From: an uncultured Gemmatimonadaceae bacterium | GTDB lineage: Bacteria > Gemmatimonadota > Gemmatimonadetes > Gemmatimonadales > Gemmatimonadaceae | Length of the DNA stretch: 64,000 bases | Direction: 5' to 3' | Assembly: GCA_963781585.1 (NCBI GenBank) | Contig: CAWAGQ010000006.1 | Coordinates: 192,001 to 256,000 of the forward strand | Part shown: positions 61,171 through 64,000 of the stretch, one piece after another | Position numbering within the stretch: the stretch's first letter is position 1 | Layout of the letters: each line of letters opens with the position of its first letter | Notes under the pieces: generated by a model | The model's input: only the letters and a program-made list of their open reading frames with translations | What the model was told of the DNA's origin: nothing | The model's database searches: none | Position numbers and translations under genes: made by a program

Positions 61171-62685
61171 CTACGTCCCCGTGTCTGTCCCGCGCCGCCG
61201 CCGTAGCGCCGGGTACGCCGCGCGAAATCGTGCGTACGCATCCAGGTAGGCCGCGCGCGCTGCGGGATCGGGCTGGAGGGGTGCGCTGCGCGTGAGCGTC
61301 GCGCGGCACGCGGCGGCCAGATCGGGGAACGCTCCCACGCCCACCGCGGCCAGCAGCGCCGCGCCATATGCCGGTCCCTCCTCGCGGTTCACCGTGCCAA
61401 CCGGCACTCCATAGACGTCGGCCTGGAGCTGCCGCACGAACGCGCTCCTCGCACCGCCGCCGGTGAGCAGGAGCTGTTCCGGTGCCAGTCCAAGCTCGCG
61501 AATGATCGCGACCGAATCGGCGAGCGCGAACGTGATCCCCTCGAACACTGCTCGGGCTAGATGCGCGCGGGTGTGGCGGGCGCTCAGTCCGAGGAACGCG
61601 CCCCGCGCCGACGCATCGCGGTGTGGCGTCCGCTCCCCGTGGAGATACGGCAGAAAGGTCGCGCCCCCGGCGCCCGGCGGAACCGTCGCCGCTTCTTCGC
61701 CTAACGACAAACTCGCGGTGGCGGGTTCCAGGTCACGTGCAAACTGATCGCGGAACCAGGCGAAGGCGCCGCCCGCGGAGAGCACCACGCCCATCACATA
61801 CCACGTGCCGGGCACCACGTGGCAGAACGTGTGGACCCGGAGTCCGGGATCGACGACCGGCCTGGGCGTCGGCGCGAGCACGGTGCCCGATGTCCCCCAG
61901 CTGCACACCGCGTCGCCGGGAGCGACGGCGCCGACTCCGGCGGCGCCGCAGGCGTTGTCCGCACCGCCACCCACCACCGGCGTCCCCGCCGTGAGTCCGG
62001 TGAGGGCAGCGGCCTCGGTCGTAACGCGACCCAGAACGTCCGCCGAGCCGCCGACGTCCGGCAGGAGCGATGCCGGCTGACGTCCACCGCGCGCAGCATC
62101 TCGTCGCTCCACCGCACGTGCGCCGGGTCGAACATGAGAGTCCCCGAGGCATCGGACGGCTCGGTCGCCAGAACACTCGTCAGGCGGAAGCGCACGTAGT
62201 CCTTGGCCAGCAGCACAGTCGCCACGCGCGCGAAGGCGTCGGGCTCCTGGTCGCGGAGCCAGAGGACCTTGGGGAGCGTGAAGCCCTCCAGCGCGGGGTT
62301 GCAGACCCACTCCCGCAGCCGATCCTCACCCCCAGCCAGCAGTGTGATCTCCGCGCACTGGCGTGTGGTGCGTCCGTCGCACCAGAGGAGGGCCGGGCGC
62401 ACCACATCGCCCGCGCGATCGAGAAATACCGACGAGTGCATCTGGCCCGAGATCCCGATCGCGGCGATGGACGCGCTGTCGCGGCCGGCGAGAAGCGACC
62501 GGACCGCCGCGATACAACCGGTCCACCACTCGTCAGGCGACTGCTCCGCCCAGCCCGCGATGCGGAGTGCTGAGCGAAAGCGGCGTCGACGAGTGAGCGA
62601 CCACGTTGCCTGTCGCGTCGATCAACAGGCCTTTGACGGCGCTGGTGCCGATGTCGAGGCCGAGGAACCGCGTGTCGGCCTTCAT
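61171..62685 (-). pseudogene. xylB: Xylulokinase, frameshifted
   Basis: LGLDIGTS, GISGQMH, WCDGRT, DASGT, GGADN, GTSG, PYL.GERTPH spread over several frames. Confidence 0.88.
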
Positions 62686-63716
62686 CCGGCCGCGTCCGGC
62701 GTCTCCCACTGACCGCTCTTCTCAGACCGGAACAGGGCATCGATCACGGCCATGTTGGCGATGCTGTCTTCCAGGGAAACGGGCACGCTCACGCGTCCAC
62801 GAATTGCTTCAGAGAATCGATCCGCCTGGAGCGCGTACTGGTCCACGAGCGGGAATTCGAACACCTCGGCCCCGGAACCGCGCAGGTCGCGTCCGTCATC
62901 GACGATGATCCGGCAGGGCCGGTCATTCGGCGCGTTGAACGGAATCTCCACCTCGATGCGACCCCCGGTGCCGAAGACGTGCATCCGTTGATACGCCACC
63001 AGCGCGCCGCCGCAGGTGAAGCTTGCCCGACCCGCGGGGAATCGCAGCACGCCGCTCGTCAGGTCGTCCACTCCGGTCGCCGCGTCGTGATGGATGTCCG
63101 CCAACACCTCCGTCGGCTCGCTGTCGAACAGCCATCGCGAGAGCATGATCGGATAGCAGCCGATGTCGTACAGCACCCCGCCGCCATAGTCCGCGCGATT
63201 GCGGATGTTGTCGGCGGCGTGCAGCCGGTAGCTGAAGTGGCCGGTGACCAGGTGGAGCGTTCCGATGCGTCCGGACCGCACGAGATCCCGCGTCTTCAAC
63301 CACTGCGGATGCACGCGCACCATGAACGCCTCGGCGATCAGCACGCGGTTCCGGTCCCGCACGGACTTCAGATGCTGGGCCGCGGCCGCCGAGAGCGCGA
63401 TGGGCTTTTCGCAGAGCACGTGCTTCCCGGCGTCGGCGGCGCGGACGGACCAGGGGACGTGCAGGTGATTGGGCAGCGGAATGTAGACGGCTTCGACCTC
63501 CGGGTCGGCGAGCAGAGCGTCGTATGATCCGTGGGCGCGCTCTATCCCCATCGCTTCGGCTGCCGAGCGTGCCCTGGATTCGTCGCGCGAGGCGATGGCG
63601 ACCACCCGCGACCAGCGACTCCGCTGCATGGCGGGGATGACTGCCTTGCGGGCGATGTTGGCGACGCCGAGCACGCCCCACCGGACCGGAGCGATCTCCG
63701 TGGCTGGAGCTGTCAC
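62682..63716 (-). CDS. Gfo/Idh/MocA oxidoreductase
   Basis: RWGVLG.A.IA, YIPLPN.LH, GKHVLCEKP, GGG..YDIGCY. Confidence 0.93.
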   Translation of the reverse strand: MTAPATEIAPVRWGVLGVANIARKAVIPAMQRSRWSRVVAIASRDESRARSAAEAMGIERAHGSYDALLADPEVEAVYIPLPNHLHVPWSVRAADAGKHVLCEKPIALSAAAAQHLKSVRDRNRVLIAEAFMVRVHPQWLKTRDLVRSGRIGTLHLVTGHFSYRLHAADNIRNRADYGGGVLYDIGCYPIMLSRWLFDSEPTEVLADIHHDAATGVDDLTSGVLRFPAGRASFTCGGALVAYQRMHVFGTGGRIEVEIPFNAPNDRPCRIIVDDGRDLRGSGAEVFEFPLVDQYALQADRFSEAIRGRVSVPVSLEDSIANMAVIDALFRSEKSGQWETPDAAG

Positions 63717-63870
63717 GACTCCTGCCGGCGGGGAAGCGCGCAACCAGCGGAAGCGGCACCGTTGGCGTCAGGTGGAGGGGCTGCTTCATCGACACGCTGC
63801 CGCGCGATTCCCGCCACGTGCATGACGGGACTGATGCCGACGGCGGCCGCGACACGGTGGGATGGTGGAC

Positions 63871-64000
63871 TCACGGAGCGCGGACGTGGATGATCCTGTC
63901 GAGCCGGATGTCGCCCGAGGAGGATCCGATCTCAAGGCGAAGCGGCTCGGGCTCCACCCGCCAGTCGTGCGCCGTACTGTCCCAGTACGCGAGCGACTTC
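63871..64000 (-). CDS. GH3 beta-glucosidase/xylosidase, C-terminal Fn3 end (partial)
   Basis: Manual translation SLAYWDSTAHDWRVEPEPLRLEIGSSSGDIRL..RAP*. Confidence 0.75.
   Translation of the reverse strand, partial: KSLAYWDSTAHDWRVEPEPLRLEIGSSSGDIRLDRIIHVRAP

Overview
High-GC bacterial DNA, most likely Gemmatimonadota or possibly Acidobacteriota. This is inferred from two PadR plus duplicated-orphan-permease (ADOP) pairs, a Hanks kinase-TPR, a wHTH-TPR protein and GRGG-rich peptidases. Positions 1-34.7 kb and 59.8-64 kb are ordinary genes: TonB receptor end, permeases, M28/M1 peptidases, NiCoT-type transporter, histidine kinase, HutG, YfcC, serine hydrolase, EndoIII, 5'-3' exonuclease, ChaN, amidase, cytochrome c peroxidase, xylulokinase, a Gfo oxidoreductase and a GH3 tail. 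Several carry frameshifts that may be read errors. Positions ~34-59.6 kb form an unusual accessory array. A ~1.9-kb module (amidase 5' end, spacer, AraC-like regulator, then TGCGGT-N14-TGCGGT plus a putative promoter) occurs three times, and a fourth degenerate copy keeps only the regulator 3' part and promoter. Each copy is followed by a different, visibly more AT-rich cargo of exported proteins: a Cys-rich peptide, beta-propellers, DsbA remnants, HEXXH and G1-like lipoproteins with Ig/PKD tails, and CarboxypepD-plug proteins. The array also holds IS256 and IS5 internal fragments and an intact IS21 with a 5-bp TSD, and ends with an MNT-HEPN toxin-antitoxin pair. No rRNA, tRNA, CRISPR array or integrase was recognised. 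All family calls come from motifs read by eye, not from database searches.
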